The notes: a model not told the origin generated them from the sequence alone. A stretch of DNA of 64,000 nt from Candidatus Levyibacteriota bacterium (GCA_050255815.1 JBLMVJ010000014.1:36728-100727); one strand, 5' to 3'. Positions 40,340-50,183 are shown, counted from the first letter of the stretch. Made by a program: numbers and translations.

Positions 40340-41701
40340 TCAAAAATCCTGCTTCAGGATTTCCGGATGCTTATCATGGAGAGTCAAAATTAATTCCCCA
40401 AAGAGTGAATTCACCCAGGCAAACCAATGGCGCGTATAGTGGTGCGCATCATCCACATCTATGCTTTCATGCATATAAAATGTTGTTCCATGTGTCTTTT
40501 TCAGTGTCTTTAAGCACTCCGCTATTTCCTGCGTATCCTCTGTGGTCAGCGCCTGCATAATAGTTGCCATGGGCCAGAAATGGTCACAAATCCCTACATG
40601 CGGGGAAGTGAGTCCGCAGGCAACCTGGCCTTTTGCAAAAAATGAATTCCACTCTGAAAGGATCAGTTTCCTGGTGTTTTGGTATAACTCGTCTTGTACG
40701 CCACAAAATCCCAGGTAGGGAAGGCTTAACAGGCTGGGGATATTAGGGTCATCCATAATGCAGCTGGAGCCAAACCCATCTACTTCATACGCATAGATTT
40801 TGCCAAATTCTTTATGGTCCACAATTCCCCACCGGGAAATTCCTTCCTCTATCTGGTTAGCAAGAAGAGAGGAGCGTTTTACTAAATCTACCGCCCCCAG
40901 TTCCTCCAGGATTGGTTTTATTTTGCGCAGGTACACTACGGCCATGGCATTTGCAGGGATGATATACGGGAACGCTGTCTCATCATCTGAGGGACGGAAG
41001 ACACAGCGGGAAAGTCCGCAGCGTTTTGAAGGGTACCCATACCCGCTCAGCCGTACGGCAGGGTGGAGGTGTCCGGAATGCGTTTTAAACTGGTACAGGA
41101 ATTCATGGTTGTCTTTATTCAGCGTATTTTGCTCTATGTGGATTACTTCCAGCGCTTTATCAACCGCCTGGATCCAGCGGTCATCAAATGGGGTAGTGTC
41201 TTTAGTTTCCTCAAAGTATCCATAAGAGAGGCGGAAAAATGCTGCCAGGCTGTCCAGCTCATATTTCCGTTCAAAAACTTCTGCTTTATGGTGGTCATTT
41301 ATTTCCCGCTTGAATGCATTTGCATAAGGGTCTGAGACAACACAGAGGGATTGTCTGTGGATGAGGCCTTTAAAAAGAGTTTTGATTTCCTCATCCTGTT
41401 TAATAAACCGCAGATAGGGCCATACTTGATTAACGGAATCACGCAGCCACATGGCCGGTATATCCCCGGTAACTATAAAGGTATCCGGGTGTCCTTCCCG
41501 CTCCTGATGATATACGGTAGTATCCAGCGTATTAGGGAGACATTGGGAAAACATTCTGCGGATGTCTTCATCTGTGATCTTTTCAGAAACAGCAGTAATA
41601 GTTTTTTCAATTACGTCACTTCTGAATAGCCGTTCATGCGGTTCCGGCCGGGAATTTAAGTGGGAAAAATTCTGCAGGTCAGGAGGATTTTTATAGGGCA
41701 T
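40340..41701 (-). CDS. GH125 exo-alpha-1,6-mannosidase family protein
   Basis: [57 protein letters not shown]. Confidence 0.92.
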   Translation of the reverse strand: MPYKNPPDLQNFSHLNSRPEPHERLFRSDVIEKTITAVSEKITDEDIRRMFSQCLPNTLDTTVYHQEREGHPDTFIVTGDIPAMWLRDSVNQVWPYLRFIKQDEEIKTLFKGLIHRQSLCVVSDPYANAFKREINDHHKAEVFERKYELDSLAAFFRLSYGYFEETKDTTPFDDRWIQAVDKALEVIHIEQNTLNKDNHEFLYQFKTHSGHLHPAVRLSGYGYPSKRCGLSRCVFRPSDDETAFPYIIPANAMAVVYLRKIKPILEELGAVDLVKRSSLLANQIEEGISRWGIVDHKEFGKIYAYEVDGFGSSCIMDDPNIPSLLSLPYLGFCGVQDELYQNTRKLILSEWNSFFAKGQVACGLTSPHVGICDHFWPMATIMQALTTEDTQEIAECLKTLKKTHGTTFYMHESIDVDDAHHYTRHWFAWVNSLFGELILTLHDKHPEILKQDF

Positions 41702-41758
41702 ACCATTATTGTATAGAAGAATTACCGCGCGGGCAATTCATGGCACAACAATTTCCCC

Positions 41759-41774
41759 TGTGATCTTTATCACA
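41759..41774. promoter_or_regulatory. Perfect Crp consensus box
   Basis: TGTGA-tcttta-TCACA centred 41.5 nt upstream of ATG 41808; TACAAT at 41796-41801. Confidence 0.8.
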
Positions 41775-41807
41775 TAAATATAAATGGGCGCATATTACAA
41801 TGAGGAT

Positions 41808-42296
41808 ATGAAAATGAATAGTGATGAAGGTATCTGCTGTTTTCCGCTGGATACCTCACTTTGGGAGGAGAAAACCCATGAATGGAAAGATAAGCTGTTC
41901 TTACAGGATGAAGTAAGACAGATCATGCATATTCCTATAAATATGACTACTGTGGTAAAGCGGATGTTCCAGAAAATTGAGGATGCAGATGCTATGCCGG
42001 AAGTAAAAGATTTTTTAATGCTTGCCTATGACCCATCACCCTGGAAGTCAGAAATATATATGACGGTTGTAAAAGATATTCCCAACGGCAAAATGGCAAA
42101 ACTTTCCGGTACCTATATAAGTAAAGTTTATGATGGCCCGTACAACCAGGTCCCCAAATGGATTGAAGATATGGACAAGTACCTCAGTGCTCAAAACCAG
42201 AAAGCACTGAAATATTATTTCCATTTTGCATATTGCCCAAAATGCGTGAAAAAATACGGGCACAATTATTGCATTGCGTTTGCGCAAGTTGCCTAA
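41808..42296 (+). CDS. Conserved protein with GyrI-like segment and Cys motifs
   Basis: N-terminal CC, YDGPY, C-terminal CPKCVKKYGHNY. Confidence 0.7.
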   Translation: MKMNSDEGICCFPLDTSLWEEKTHEWKDKLFLQDEVRQIMHIPINMTTVVKRMFQKIEDADAMPEVKDFLMLAYDPSPWKSEIYMTVVKDIPNGKMAKLSGTYISKVYDGPYNQVPKWIEDMDKYLSAQNQKALKYYFHFAYCPKCVKKYGHNYCIAFAQVA

Positions 42297-42317
42297 AATG
42301 AGGCCTATAATTAAGTT

Positions 42318-42686
42318 ATGGATGTTACGGTCTTCTTAGCACGTTTCTGGGGTAGCCTGTTTATGATCCTGGGCTTACAGTCTATCTTTCTTAAATTTTT
42401 AGGAAGAGTAATACAATACACTGAGGAAAAACCCATTACGGTATCTACGGGCTACATTACTTTTTTATTGGGCCTGGCAACTGTTGTAGCACATAACATA
42501 TGGGTTTTTGACTGGCGGGTTGCCATTACTATCCTGGGGTGGGGAACCTTGTTTAAAGGAATTGAAAAAATTGCATTCCCCAACCGCATAAACAAAGCAG
42601 CGCAATTGTTTAAAAACCAGCAAGTCTTGTGGGGCGTTGTTATTTTTCTTCTGGGCGCCTGGTTTTTTTATATGAGTTTCAGGTAA
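42318..42686 (+). CDS. Small four-TM membrane protein
   Basis: Hydrophobic; HNIW..DWR..ITILGW. Confidence 0.7.
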   Translation: MDVTVFLARFWGSLFMILGLQSIFLKFLGRVIQYTEEKPITVSTGYITFLLGLATVVAHNIWVFDWRVAITILGWGTLFKGIEKIAFPNRINKAAQLFKNQQVLWGVVIFLLGAWFFYMSFR

Positions 42687-42690
42687 CTAT

Positions 42691-42999
42691 ATGGACATAC
42701 CTAAAAACATAAGCCAGTCTATCCAGTACCAGGAAGGCTCCGTAGTCAGCAAGGAAATAGTCAATAAGCCGGCCGGTACCGTTACCCTTTTTGCCTTTGA
42801 TAAAGGGCAGGGGCTTTCTGAACATACCACCCCCTATGATGCTTTAGTCATGGTTGTTGACGGAATAGCTGACATAACGGTGAACGGCCAAAACCATGAA
42901 GTAAAGACAGGTGAAATGCTTCTTATGCCGGCCCATTCACCACACGCCTTAAAAGCTCCGGAGCAGTTCAAGATGTTACTTATCATGATAAAGTCTTAA
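42691..42999 (+). CDS. Cupin domain protein
   Basis: FAFDKGQGLSEHT, MPAHSPHALKA. Confidence 0.9.
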   Translation: MDIPKNISQSIQYQEGSVVSKEIVNKPAGTVTLFAFDKGQGLSEHTTPYDALVMVVDGIADITVNGQNHEVKTGEMLLMPAHSPHALKAPEQFKMLLIMIKS

Positions 43000-43004
43000 A
43001 GATT

Positions 43005-43151
43005 ATGCGGACAAAAAATTGGTATCTGGGGTTCTTTAGTCTTTTTGCCCTCTTTGCTATTCCCGGAATAGTTACCGGGAATTGGGGGACAGCCATCTGG
43101 CTTGTTTGGCTATTTTGGATTATCTTCTTTATACCAAAAAAGAAGGCTTAG
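43005..43151 (+). CDS. 48-aa two-TM small protein (below ORF-track cutoff)
   Basis: MRTKNWYLGFFSLFALFAIPGIVTGNWGTAIWLVWLFWIIFFIPKKKA; fills the gap in an operon. Confidence 0.65.
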   Translation: MRTKNWYLGFFSLFALFAIPGIVTGNWGTAIWLVWLFWIIFFIPKKKA

Positions 43152-43153
43152 TT

Positions 43154-43531
43154 ATGGATGACGCCGTAGCCCATAAATTCTTTTCAGATAACTCCGTACA
43201 GCTCCATTTATTTGATGCCATTAAGAAGTATATTTCCTCATTAGGGGTAGTAAAAATAAAAGTAACAAAGAGCCAGATTTCATTTTCTAATAAACGGCAA
43301 TTTGCATGGGTTTGGCTGCCTATGCCTTGGGATACCGGAAGACCTAAAAACAGTATTGTCCTGAGTTTTTCCCTGGGGGAGCGCGTTATGCATCCGCAGA
43401 TAGTAGAGGTTGTTGAGCCGTATCCCGGGAGATTTATGCACCATGTGATTATGGAAAAAGAAGCAGAGCTGAGCGGTGCGGTTAAAAAATGGCTCCAGAC
43501 TGCTTTTACATTTGGCGAAGAAAGGAATTAA
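43154..43531 (+). CDS. DUF5655-like protein
   Basis: TKSQISF, FAWVW, EPYPGRFMHH, WLQTA. Confidence 0.7.
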   Translation: MDDAVAHKFFSDNSVQLHLFDAIKKYISSLGVVKIKVTKSQISFSNKRQFAWVWLPMPWDTGRPKNSIVLSFSLGERVMHPQIVEVVEPYPGRFMHHVIMEKEAELSGAVKKWLQTAFTFGEERN

Positions 43532-43914
43532 AAATCGAATTGTTTTGCAAACTGGTCCGCTTCTTGTTCCTGCCTTTTTATCTCTTCCCTGGTTTGTTTT
43601 TCCAGCACGGAGTTGCGGTGGCCTAAAACCACATGGCCTATCTCATGCGCTATGGTGTAATAGATTTTTCCGGGGTTCTGCAGCAGCAGGTCATCACTCA
43701 AAAAAATGAGATGCTGTTTTCTCAGGTCTGAACCGGTAAAGGTAAAGGCCCAGGCGTCTTCCAGGGAAGCAAAAAACCAGCAGTTTTTTGTTATGGAGCT
43801 TATTATTTCCTCCGGCATTTTCTCCAGTGTCTCACAGACATAGCGTTTCATTTTGACATTCCCAACCAGCTTTCCTTCAAAAGAACCGTAGATTTTTTGC
43901 AGGGCTTTTCTCAT
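43528..43914 (-). CDS. Small HExxH zinc metallopeptidase-like protein
   Basis: IAHEIGH and EQEADQFA. Confidence 0.7.
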   Translation of the reverse strand: MRKALQKIYGSFEGKLVGNVKMKRYVCETLEKMPEEIISSITKNCWFFASLEDAWAFTFTGSDLRKQHLIFLSDDLLLQNPGKIYYTIAHEIGHVVLGHRNSVLEKQTREEIKRQEQEADQFAKQFDF

Positions 43915-44008
43915 AAGAGCAATATAGCAATGGCTTGTAAGAGTATAGTGAGAAGTCCTGCATATCTTCTGCTAGGGTTTCAGTCTTGAGTTTCTGGGTA
44001 TATACTAA

Positions 44009-46369
44009 ATGAGTCTTATGTACTCCGGGTTATCCTCATCCCAAGCTACTAACATCCTCAAGGAGAAAGGGTTTAACGAAATACCTGAAAAACAAGAACC
44101 GTTATACCGGAAAATAATAAAGAGCTTTATATCTCCTATTGCTCTCATGCTGTTGCTTGCTTCCGGACTGTCTTTTTCTTTGCATAAAACATTTGACGGC
44201 TATTTCATCCTCATATTACTGCTTTTAAATATAGTCATTACCTTATGGCAGGAGAAAAAAGCAGACAACGCCATTAAAAAATTAAATGAACATTTGCAAC
44301 AAAAGATAAAAGTGTTCAGGGATGGGCAGTGGCAATCTATTGGTTCCCGTTTTTTAGTAGAAGGGGATGTAGTCCAGCTTGCTTCCGGGGAAGTAATCCC
44401 TGCGGACGGAAAAATTATTGAAGACCATCACGTGCAAGTCAATGAATCCGCCCTTACCGGAGAATCCCTGCCAAAAGACAAGAAAGAAGGGGATGAAGTA
44501 TTTTCCGGTTCTTTTATAGCCTCTGGGATAGCAATAGTTACCGTAGTTGCCACAGGGGTAAGGACCAGCTTTGGGAAAACAATTTTCTCTGTTGAGAAGA
44601 TCAGGAAGCAGAGTGAATTGGAAAAAGATATTATTAATATTTCTAAATTCCTGACGGTCCTCAGCCTGATTGCGGTTGCTATCCTGAGCATTATATTTCT
44701 GATGAGAAAGGCTTCCCTCCTAGAACTGCTTACGCTGGACCTGAGCCTCATCATAGCAGGAATACCTATAAGCCTGCCAACTGTTATGACGCTTATCATA
44801 GAATTTGGGGTACTTGCCTTATCAAAAAAGAATGTTATAGTCCGCAGGCTTTCCGCATTGGAAGACCTGGCAAATGTAAATTTTTTACTGACTGATAAAA
44901 CGGGGACACTCACAAAAAATAAAATAACTGTACGTGATATTTATGCATATGACGGTTTTACCCATAATGATGTGTTGTCCTATGCTGCTGTCATTGCTGC
45001 CTCTGAAAGTGATAACCCAATAGACGCAGCAATAACTGAAAAAGTACAAGAACTGCGCTTAAGGCTTCCTTCCTGGACTAAAAAAGATTTCATCCCTGCA
45101 GATTCCAAAAGGAAGCGAAGCACCCTCACCATACAAGAAGATGGGTCTGAAAAAGCCCTTGCCTTAGGCGCCCCCCAGATTATAGAAGATCTGTGCCGAT
45201 TGGATAAAAATACGCAGAAGAAATTTAAACGGGAGGTAGAAACATTGGCCGCAAGCGGTTACCGGACACTGGCGGTGGCAGTTTCAAAAACAGGTAAAGA
45301 AGAGAATATGAAAATGGTAGGTGTTATGGCTCTTTCAGATACCCTCAGAGAAGATGCAAAATCAGTCGTACAATTCCTTACGGAGAACAACATCCAGGTG
45401 GCCATGGTAACGGGTGACAACAAATCTATTGCCGCCAACATTGCTGCCCAGCTGGGCCTGGCTGAGAGGGAAACTATCACAAAAAAACAATTGGACTCCA
45501 TGGACTGGAAGGGTATTCAGGCAAATTTTTATACCCGTGCCAGCGCCTTTGCTGAAATCCTTCCTGAAGACAAAATGCATCTGGTCCAGAAAGCAAAAGA
45601 ATTTTTTGTTGTTGCTTCAAATGGGGACGGGGTGAATGACTTGCCGGCGGTTAAAGCAGCAGATGTTGGTATTGCGGTTAAAAACGCTGTTGCCGCCCTG
45701 AAGGCAACTGCAGACATTGTTCTTCTTTCAGAAGGGATAAGCGTTATCAGGGATGCTATTATTGAGAGCAGAAAAATCTTTGAACGCATTTATACGTATT
45801 CCCTCTACAGGATTTCAGAAAGCCTGAGGTTGATTATTACTATTGCTGTTTTAGGCTTATTGTACGGGGTGTACCCATTGACAGCATTGCAAATTATTCT
45901 CATAGCGCTTTTGAATGATATCCCTATCATTTCCCTAGCTTCTGACCGGGTAAAGACAACAAACAGGCCGGCAAAGATAGATGCAAAAAACCGTTTTACG
46001 TTAAGTTCATTATATGGGTTAACCGGTGTAGCAAATAGTTTATTGCTGTTTTTCCTAGTTAGTAATATATGGCATATTGATTGGTCACTTCTTCAGACTA
46101 TGTTTTTTCTCAAGCTAACTGTTTCAGGGCATTTACTGATCTATGTTGCACATACCAAAAAACGGTGGTGGCAGTTTCTCCCCAGTAAGGGGGTTATATG
46201 GGCAACAACTCTCACTCAGTTAGTTGCAACGGGGTTTGCACTTACCGGATTCCTGATGTCCGCCAGACTTCCGTTGTGGCAGGTAGGATTTGTATGGGCA
46301 TGGTCGTTAGGCTGGATGCAGGTTAGTGAAGGGATGAAGATGTTGCAGCAAAGATGGTATAGATCTTGA
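44009..46369 (+). CDS. P3A-type plasma-membrane proton-efflux P-type ATPase
   Basis: TGES, IAGIPISLPTV, DKTGTLTKN, GDGVND, ESRKIFER, ALLNDIPII. Confidence 0.88.
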   Translation: MSLMYSGLSSSQATNILKEKGFNEIPEKQEPLYRKIIKSFISPIALMLLLASGLSFSLHKTFDGYFILILLLLNIVITLWQEKKADNAIKKLNEHLQQKIKVFRDGQWQSIGSRFLVEGDVVQLASGEVIPADGKIIEDHHVQVNESALTGESLPKDKKEGDEVFSGSFIASGIAIVTVVATGVRTSFGKTIFSVEKIRKQSELEKDIINISKFLTVLSLIAVAILSIIFLMRKASLLELLTLDLSLIIAGIPISLPTVMTLIIEFGVLALSKKNVIVRRLSALEDLANVNFLLTDKTGTLTKNKITVRDIYAYDGFTHNDVLSYAAVIAASESDNPIDAAITEKVQELRLRLPSWTKKDFIPADSKRKRSTLTIQEDGSEKALALGAPQIIEDLCRLDKNTQKKFKREVETLAASGYRTLAVAVSKTGKEENMKMVGVMALSDTLREDAKSVVQFLTENNIQVAMVTGDNKSIAANIAAQLGLAERETITKKQLDSMDWKGIQANFYTRASAFAEILPEDKMHLVQKAKEFFVVASNGDGVNDLPAVKAADVGIAVKNAVAALKATADIVLLSEGISVIRDAIIESRKIFERIYTYSLYRISESLRLIITIAVLGLLYGVYPLTALQIILIALLNDIPIISLASDRVKTTNRPAKIDAKNRFTLSSLYGLTGVANSLLLFFLVSNIWHIDWSLLQTMFFLKLTVSGHLLIYVAHTKKRWWQFLPSKGVIWATTLTQLVATGFALTGFLMSARLPLWQVGFVWAWSLGWMQVSEGMKMLQQRWYRS

Positions 46370-46384
46370 CCCATTTTGTCTCAG

Positions 46385-46559
46385 TTGACAAATAGTTTTG
46401 TAAGAGTTATTCTCATTTTTACCTTCATAATCTTCATAAGAAATCCCGCAAGAGGACTAAAAAGATTTGGGAAGAGTTTTAAGAGACCAATGTAGCAGTA
46501 TCAGGAAAGGCAGTTTTTGAGACCGGCTGCGGAGGACAAGGAAAGGAGGTGAGTATAGA
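46385..46559 (+). promoter_or_regulatory. Promoter plus about 140-nt purine-rich 5' leader with strong Shine-Dalgarno
   Basis: TTGACA-N17-TATTCT (46385-46413); AAAGGAGGTG before GTG 46560. Confidence 0.6.
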
Positions 46560-46787
46560 GTGGGTAAGAGTAATAGCAGCATTAAATCTTCACATGTCCG
46601 TTTTGGCAAAAGAACATACTTCTTTGATGTCAACGTAACTAAAGAGGATAAAAAGTACCTCAGAATTACCGAATCAAAATTTGTAGAAGAGGGAAAACCA
46701 AGAATCTACAACTCCTTTATCCTGTTTCCTGAGAATGTAGCGGACTTCCAGAAAGGGATAGAAGAGATGGTAAGCCATCTGGCGTAA
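46560..46787 (+). CDS. PUR-domain (DUF3276-like) ssDNA/RNA-binding protein
   Basis: GKRTYFFDV...YLRITESK...ILFPE..ADF. Confidence 0.8.
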   Translation: MGKSNSSIKSSHVRFGKRTYFFDVNVTKEDKKYLRITESKFVEEGKPRIYNSFILFPENVADFQKGIEEMVSHLA

Positions 46788-46800
46788 AAAAACCTGTCTA

Positions 46801-46826
46801 GGGCCGCTGTAGCGCTGCAGCGACCC
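46801..46826. terminator. GC-rich hairpin downstream of the PUR gene
   Basis: gggccgctgtagcgctgcagcgaccc; no U-tract. Confidence 0.35.
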
Positions 46827-46904
46827 CAAGTAGGCGGCGGTAGGAGAAATATCCTTCTTACAAAATTCATACAGACTTAGATTCTTCCCTCTTTGCTATA
46901 ATAT

Positions 46905-48224
46905 GTGGCTATGTTAAGGGAAGGACCACCAGTTCCAGCTGAGCAGGCACAGCCGGAGGTTAAAAAGAAAAACGTTATCCAAAGAATGGGCAGGGGGAAA
47001 AGGATCCTTTTAAGCTCTGCTTTAGTAAGCGCTGCTTTTGTTGGGGGAACAGGATATTATGCAAAATCCCATCCGGAAGAAACTTCTGATTTTCTGCGGG
47101 CAACCATAGGAAACAAAAACAGGCTTATGGTTGAAGGATGGGTCTTCAAAATAGAGGATAAGGGAAAGCAATGGAGATATGAACTGTTTGGTGGAAAAGA
47201 AAATCCTTATGGAAATACTTTTACACAAGTGAGTAATACTCTGCCTCCTGATCTGGTAACACCCACGGTTGAAGCGCCTCTTCCGCCAAACCCGTTAGAT
47301 TATGTGCCTCCCTCTGTCATTCTCCCCGAAATGCCAAAGCCAAAACTGGCTACTCCTGAAGTACACCTTCTCCAGTCTCCTGCTGAGGGGGAAGGGAAAT
47401 GGATTGTTAATGACCTTCCCTATGCTAACCCTGATGATCCATTAATGGTAAAAACGTACGTCAGGCCGGATAAAGACAGGCCTTACGCAAGCCTTGCGGT
47501 CCTTTTATTAGACAAGACAAAGATGAAACTAAACCTGGTGGGCGGAACGGAGCAGCCGGGAAGAGGACCCGGAAGGATTCCTGAAAGTGACCTCAAAAAC
47601 CTTATTGTAGCGTTTAACGGTGGATTTCAAAATCCGGACGGATATTTTGGGATGTTTGCCCAGGGGACTATGTATATGCCTTTGAGAAACGGAATTGCAA
47701 GCGTTGTGGTTATGGCTGACGGATCCATAAAAATGGGTGCATGGGGGGAAGGGGACCTGGCAGTAAAAACAGATGATATGGTAGCAATAAGGCAAAACTG
47801 TGCGTTGCTGGTAAAAGGCGGAGAAGTGACTCCTGAAGCAGAAAATAAAGGGTCAAATAATGACATCTGGGGGTATATAGATAAGTCATCAAGTGCATTT
47901 ATTACCTGGCGGTCAGCAATAGGAGTTACAAAAGACGGTAACCTTATTGTTGCAATTGGAAACGACCTGTCTGCAAAAACATTAGCGTACGGTATGCAGG
48001 CTGCCGGCGCAGAAACGGCAATGCAGCTGGATATTAATTCTCCCCATTCCACGCTCATAACATATGCCATGGGAGCGGACGGAACCCTTATTCCCAAGTT
48101 TATCAGGGATAAGATGGGTGACCGGGATTTGGGCCGATTTTATAAGACACAGGCAAGGGATTTTATGTATATTACCCTTGCTGATAAATCCGGAGCATCC
48201 CCAATTCTTGCTGGTGCACGGTAA
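46905..48224 (+). CDS. Membrane-anchored phosphodiester glycosidase (NAGPA/DUF2233) family protein
   Basis: N-terminal TM, Pro-rich linker, AFNGGF, RQN, TWRSAIG, MQLDIN. Confidence 0.75.
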   Translation: MAMLREGPPVPAEQAQPEVKKKNVIQRMGRGKRILLSSALVSAAFVGGTGYYAKSHPEETSDFLRATIGNKNRLMVEGWVFKIEDKGKQWRYELFGGKENPYGNTFTQVSNTLPPDLVTPTVEAPLPPNPLDYVPPSVILPEMPKPKLATPEVHLLQSPAEGEGKWIVNDLPYANPDDPLMVKTYVRPDKDRPYASLAVLLLDKTKMKLNLVGGTEQPGRGPGRIPESDLKNLIVAFNGGFQNPDGYFGMFAQGTMYMPLRNGIASVVVMADGSIKMGAWGEGDLAVKTDDMVAIRQNCALLVKGGEVTPEAENKGSNNDIWGYIDKSSSAFITWRSAIGVTKDGNLIVAIGNDLSAKTLAYGMQAAGAETAMQLDINSPHSTLITYAMGADGTLIPKFIRDKMGDRDLGRFYKTQARDFMYITLADKSGASPILAGAR

Positions 48225-48300
48225 AGTTTTAAGTCGTAACTTCTCACTGTTACCTGTTTCTTACTACCTTTTAGCTGAGCTTTTTTATTGTTGAGATAGA

Positions 48301-48618
48301 TTGGGTATTATGATAATTGCCATTATTATTATCCTTATTATTCTTTGGGTCTTAGGGTATCTTCCCGTTTCCGGCCTGTATATCCCCAACATTCCTCTCA
48401 TTACCATAGGAGCGCATACGGTTACTTTATGGGAATTGTTAATTTTGCTGGTGGTAGGATGGGCCATTGGAATTCTCCCCCGGCCGCTGCAGGCGATTGC
48501 TTCAGTTCTCCTCTTGCTTTGGATCCTTTCCGTCTTTGGGATTTTTGCATTTGCCGGTCTCCCCAGCATTCTGGTCATCATCATCATTGTGGGTTTAGCA
48601 GTTTCCCTGCTCCTCTAA
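48301..48618 (+). CDS. Small hydrophobic membrane protein
   Basis: Almost entirely hydrophobic ORF; start 48301 or 48310. Confidence 0.65.
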   Translation: MGIMIIAIIIILIILWVLGYLPVSGLYIPNIPLITIGAHTVTLWELLILLVVGWAIGILPRPLQAIASVLLLLWILSVFGIFAFAGLPSILVIIIIVGLAVSLLL

Positions 48619-48770
48619 CCGGTTTCTTACTTCCTTCTAGCAACCTCTTATTATTGCTGAGGTAAATTCGAATAACGATCATTTAAAGAAGTTGCTCAGT
48701 GAGTACACTGAGTGGAGCTTTCACCTATTATATTGAGAAGGTAAAAAGCTCCTAAAGGAGGTGAAAAAAT

Positions 48771-49112
48771 ATGGCAGATAACCAAAAAAATGACAAGAAG
48801 GCTGGGGTGAATCCGGTTGTGGCCGGAGTTGCCGGAGCAGTAGTGGGTGCAGGAATGGCGGTAGCCGGAACTATGGCGCTAAAAGATGAAAAAAACCGCA
48901 AGAAAGTCAGGGATGTGGCAACGGGTATAGCAAAACAAGCATCTGAATACATGGGGGCAATGCCTATGGGCATGAAAAGCGGAAAAGCTACTGGGTCTAA
49001 AATAGCAAAGAAGATCCCTGTGGTAAGAAAAGATAGTGCAGGCACTAGCAGGTCAAGGGCATCAAAAAAACCAGATGAAGCAAAGGGTGAAGAAGAGGCA
49101 GAACAGAAATAA
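48771..49112 (+). CDS. Hypothetical protein with Gly-zipper TM and basic tail
   Basis: AAAGGAGGTG Shine-Dalgarno; AGVAGAVVGAG. Confidence 0.7.
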   Translation: MADNQKNDKKAGVNPVVAGVAGAVVGAGMAVAGTMALKDEKNRKKVRDVATGIAKQASEYMGAMPMGMKSGKATGSKIAKKIPVVRKDSAGTSRSRASKKPDEAKGEEEAEQK

Positions 49113-49143
49113 TCAAAGCCGATTTATTTAGCTGTATAATGCA

Positions 49144-49707
49144 GTGGTGAAGAAGTTGGCAATCATATTCGTTCTGATGTTGATAGGGCTGGGGGCAGTT
49201 TTGTACTATTTGAGAAGCAACAACTCGAAAGTTGAGAATAACGCTCCCGCTGCAGTAAAATCAACTAGCATGAAGATTACCAGCCCTGCGTTTTTAAACA
49301 ATACAGCCATCCCCGCAAAATATACCTGCCAGGGGGAAAATATTAATCCTCAGCTGGACTTTTCGGAAATTCCCCCTCAGGCAAAAAGCCTGGCATTGCT
49401 GGTGGATGATCCTGATGCGCCTATGGGAACCTGGACACACTGGGTAGTATTTAATATGCCTCCAGATATCACTCGGATAGTAGAAAACTCGAAACCCGGT
49501 GGAGTAGAGGGCCTGACCAGTTTTGGAAAGGCGGGATATGGGGGACCATGCCCACCATCAGGGACCCATAGATATTTCTTCAAGCTGTATGCGCTGGATA
49601 TAAAACTCGATTCTCCAGAAAAGGCTGATAAAAACTCCATCCTAAAACTCATGCAAGGGCATATCCTAGGCCAAGTAGAGCTCATAGGGCTTTATAAAAA
49701 GAAATGA
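49144..49707 (+). CDS. YbhB/YbcL (PEBP-like) protein
   Basis: DDPDAP, WTHWV, YGGPCPP, HRYFF. Confidence 0.92.
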   Translation: MVKKLAIIFVLMLIGLGAVLYYLRSNNSKVENNAPAAVKSTSMKITSPAFLNNTAIPAKYTCQGENINPQLDFSEIPPQAKSLALLVDDPDAPMGTWTHWVVFNMPPDITRIVENSKPGGVEGLTSFGKAGYGGPCPPSGTHRYFFKLYALDIKLDSPEKADKNSILKLMQGHILGQVELIGLYKKK

Positions 49708-50183
49708 AAGACATCTACGAAATCCTCAGGAGCCTAAACATATCTTACGAGAAACATGACCATCCTGCAGTGTTTACGGTGGAAGAAGCAGAGAAATTTG
49801 ATATCCGGTTTAAGGCAGGAGTTACCAAAAACTTATTTTTACGGGATAAAAAGAAGCAGCACTATTTTCTGGTAATAATGGAAGGGAAAAAGAGGCTAGA
49901 CCTGGAAAAGATATCCGGAAAGTTAGGTGCAGGAAGGCTGAGCTTTGCCTCCCCGGTAGACTTGAACACTATTTTGCAGATTACCCCGGGTTCTGTTTCT
50001 CCATTCTGTTTAATCCATGAGTCTTCCAGAAAGGTGCAAGTGGTAGTTGAAGAGAACCTGCTCAGAAATGACCGGGTAGGGTTCCACCCAAATGAAAACA
50101 CTGCAACACTACTGATAAGTTCAAACGATTTTAAAAGGTTTTTAGAATGGACCGGAAACCGGTTTCAAATCCTTCCGCTGTAA
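49704..50183 (+). CDS. YbaK/ProX-family aminoacyl-tRNA deacylase
   Basis: KNLFLRD, RLSFAS, PGSVSPF, FHPNENTAT. Confidence 0.9.
   Translation: MKDIYEILRSLNISYEKHDHPAVFTVEEAEKFDIRFKAGVTKNLFLRDKKKQHYFLVIMEGKKRLDLEKISGKLGAGRLSFASPVDLNTILQITPGSVSPFCLIHESSRKVQVVVEENLLRNDRVGFHPNENTATLLISSNDFKRFLEWTGNRFQILPL

Noticed and set aside
43082-43153. Longer start for the DUF5655-like ORF, or a frameshift in the upstream small ORF
   Set aside because: Recounting the G-run shows the 48-aa ORF is intact in another frame; ATG 43154 fits better.
48695-48712. CTCAGTG-N4-CACTGAG inverted repeat
   Set aside because: Single occurrence with no assignable regulator.
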